NCBI GenBank assembly: GCA_038087875.1
Contig: JAXLNO010000438.1
Location: forward strand, 620,001-684,000
Source: Malacoraja senta
Taxonomy: Eukaryota
Length of the DNA: 64,000 nucleotides
Direction: 5' to 3'
Shown: positions 61,619 to 64,000 of the stretch, piece by piece
Layout: every line of letters starts with the position of its first letter
Numbering within the stretch: position 1 is the stretch's first letter
Position numbers and translations under genes: made by a program
Notes under the pieces: model-generated
What the model saw: only the letters and a program-made list of their open reading frames with translations
Databases searched by the model: none
Told to the model about the DNA's origin: nothing

Positions 61619-62835
61619 ATGTCTCGGCAATTCGATCGTTTCGATCCCGAGCGAGAAAGGTGGTCGCCGTATTTATTGAGCGCTGAGTTTTATTTTGAAA
61701 GTATGGCAATTACGACTGACCTGAGGAAGAAGGCTCTCTTGTGTTCATCAATGCCTCCAGAAACGTTTGCACTGCTTCAAATTTTACTTACAGAAGAAGT
61801 AACTGAAGTTCCATATGCTGAAATCACAACGGCTTTGCAGCTGCATTTCGAAGAACGTCAAAATTTCCTCGCAGCACGCCTCGATTTCTACCGGACATTG
61901 CAACAGGAAGGGCAATCGAACACCGAATTTCTTGCCGAACTTCGCACCAAGGCAAAGGCATGTGATTTTAAAGCTCAATGCTGCGAAAAGTGCCAAGACA
62001 ATGCGGGATAGACTGGTCATGGGCTGCAGGCCCGCATTCATCCAGCAGGCGATTCTCAAGGAATCGGACGCCTCATTGAAGAATGTGCTGCAGTGTGCTA
62101 AGATGGCCGAGCTGCTAAGTAAAGGACAGCACAAAATGGCCGGCGAAACAGCGGTGAAGCTCCCTCAGGAGGTGCATACAGTTCGTCAGACTCGTCCGCA
62201 ACGCCAGAAACCACTTGATCGACCCAGAGCAAATCCGGAGAAGGTGGGACAGTTTCAGAAGAGGCATCCCCCTGTGGGGGGAAGATCGAAACCCTGCTAC
62301 CAGTGCGGCTCGACTGCTCATCATCACCATGAGTACCCGTATATCGAGTCCGTTTGTTATGCCTGTTACAGAAAAGGTCATCTCCAGGCAGTGTGTCAAT
62401 CTGTAGGAAAGCAGAGAAAGGGCAAGAAAGCGCAAAACACAGTCAACCAAATCGCGAAGACCATTTCTATTGAAGTGCTCGGTCTACGATCACTGACAAG
62501 CCGAGGATTTTGCTGCGGGTCTCGAACGTCGATCTACAGTTCCAGGTGGACACTGGTGCAGCTGTGTCGTTAGTGGGTCAGGACATCTGGGAGAGGATCG
62601 GATTGCCGAAACTGAAACCAGCCAACATCCGCCTTTTCGGATACGGACGACAGCCCATTCCCACGAAAGGCAAATGCACTGTCGCCGTTTCCTGTAATGG
62701 TATGACACAGATGTTGCCACTGATCGTCGTTGGCAAAGAAGGTACATCCCTGTGCGCCATTGACTGGATCCATGCTTTCAAGCTTGCCTTGAACGCCTTG
62801 ATCTACGATGGATCAACTATGGCATTGTCATCTAT
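61619..62835 (+). pseudogene. Ty3/Gypsy (Mag-like) gag-protease, frameshifted and truncated before RT
   Basis: FDRFDP..ERWSPY, LRTKAKACDF, RDRLVMG, two zinc-knuckle motifs (CYQCGSTAH..., CYACYRKGHLQAVC), aspartyl protease FQVDTGAAVSLV. Confidence 0.9.
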
Positions 62836-62906
62836 GCCGTTCTCTGGAATTATTTTTAAACTGCCTTTACTAATTTAATTACTGTAGTAAATTAAAAATC
62901 ATCTTA

Positions 62907-64000
62907 TTTTTTTTTTTTTTGAAAATATTATTTTATTGGAGATAAGTACACAACATATTATCATCATTACCAGTCTTACATTTTTAAATTGATAATATTG
63001 TCAATTAATATTACATTGTCTCCAATACCTTTTGCCTTTTTTTTGTTTTTTTTAAACTAGATAGAACTAAAAAGATAGATGAAGTAAAGAAAGAAAAGAG
63101 AAAGAAAAAAACAAAACAAAAAAAACAACAAAAAAAACCACAAAAAAAAGAAGAAAAAAAAAAAGAAAACAGAAAAGAAAAAGATAGTTAAAGAAGAATG
63201 GAAACATTTATTAAGATAAAAAACTTCGTTCGAGATATATTCGTACATTTCAGAGTATAACATTTCATCCATTCTTTAGCCCGAGTGTTAGTCAGATTCC
63301 TGTGCTGAACCATTCTGACCCTTTAAATAATCAATAAAGGGAGACCATGTTCCAACGAATAATTCCTGTTTGTCCAACAGGGAAAATCTGATTCTTTCCA
63401 CATTTAAGGTCTCCGTCATTTCTATAATCCACATTTTGATTGTGGGGGTTATAGGGCCTTTCCAAAATTTTAGAATTAATTTTTTTCCCGTTATTATACT
63501 ATAATCAATAAAGTTTCTTTGTGTTGTTGTAAATGTTTGATTTAATTCTAATGTTCCGAGTATTATTAATTTTGGATCCGGGTCCAATTGTGTGCTGGTC
63601 ACTTTAGATATTATACTGAAAATATTTACCCAGAATTTTTTAATTTTTATACAGTTTGCAAACATATGAGATAAGTTAGCTTCTAAATGTTGACATTTAT
63701 CACATATAGGTGAGATATGTTAAAAGATTTTATGTAATTTTGTTTTTGAATAATGTAACCTATGTATTACTTTAAATTGTATTAAAGAATGTCTGGCATT
63801 TAATGAACATTGATGTATGTGTTGTAAACTTTCTTCCCAAGTATCTTTCGTTATTATTTGATTTAATTCTTTTTCCCATGTTTGTCTGTGTAAGTCCGTC
63901 GATGGAATGTCACTGTCTAATAAAATATTATATATATAAGATATTAATTTTTCTATATTAGGATGTTTATTCCAACATTCATCAAGAATTTCTGAATTTC
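62907..64000 (-). mobile_element. L1-clade LINE 3' end (ORF2 C-terminus, 3' UTR, poly(A))
   Basis: Minus strand CSLNARHSLIQFKVIHRLHYSK...CDKC...HMFANC (CCHC), ILKFWK; poly-T at 62907-62920; one in-frame stop near 63721. Confidence 0.9.

Overview
Repeat-dense eukaryotic DNA, not prokaryotic. The repeat families (HE1/V-SINE-like SINEs, CR1, Rex/Babar, Penelope pLTR fragments) point to a cartilaginous fish, probably a skate or ray; this is an inference. I could not identify a host protein-coding gene with confidence, so the window looks intronic or intergenic, with two weak orphan first-exon candidates near 9.8 kb and 11.5 kb. Main contents: (1) A triple nest: a ~4.8-kb DIRS1-type element with intact ITR/ICR termini but shattered ORFs (14642-19466) sits inside a hAT transposon with an 8-bp TSD (13467-20886), which sits inside an old CR1. 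A second DIRS right end lies at 1-125. (2) More than a dozen Penelope-like copies of 95 bp to 2.3 kb, many with 11-16 bp TSDs, whose pLTR carries a minimal hammerhead-ribozyme-like core. (3) Five PIF/Harbinger-type MITEs sharing the TIR AGGGCCTGTCCCAC but with different interiors, plus two other MITEs. (4) A tRNA-Leu/Rex-tail chimera and two 0.7-0.8 kb non-coding LINE-tailed elements. (5) A truncated Gypsy element (LTR, PBS-Leu, gag, protease) and an L1 3' end at the right edge. All calls come from reading the sequence by eye; boundaries of degraded repeats are approximate.
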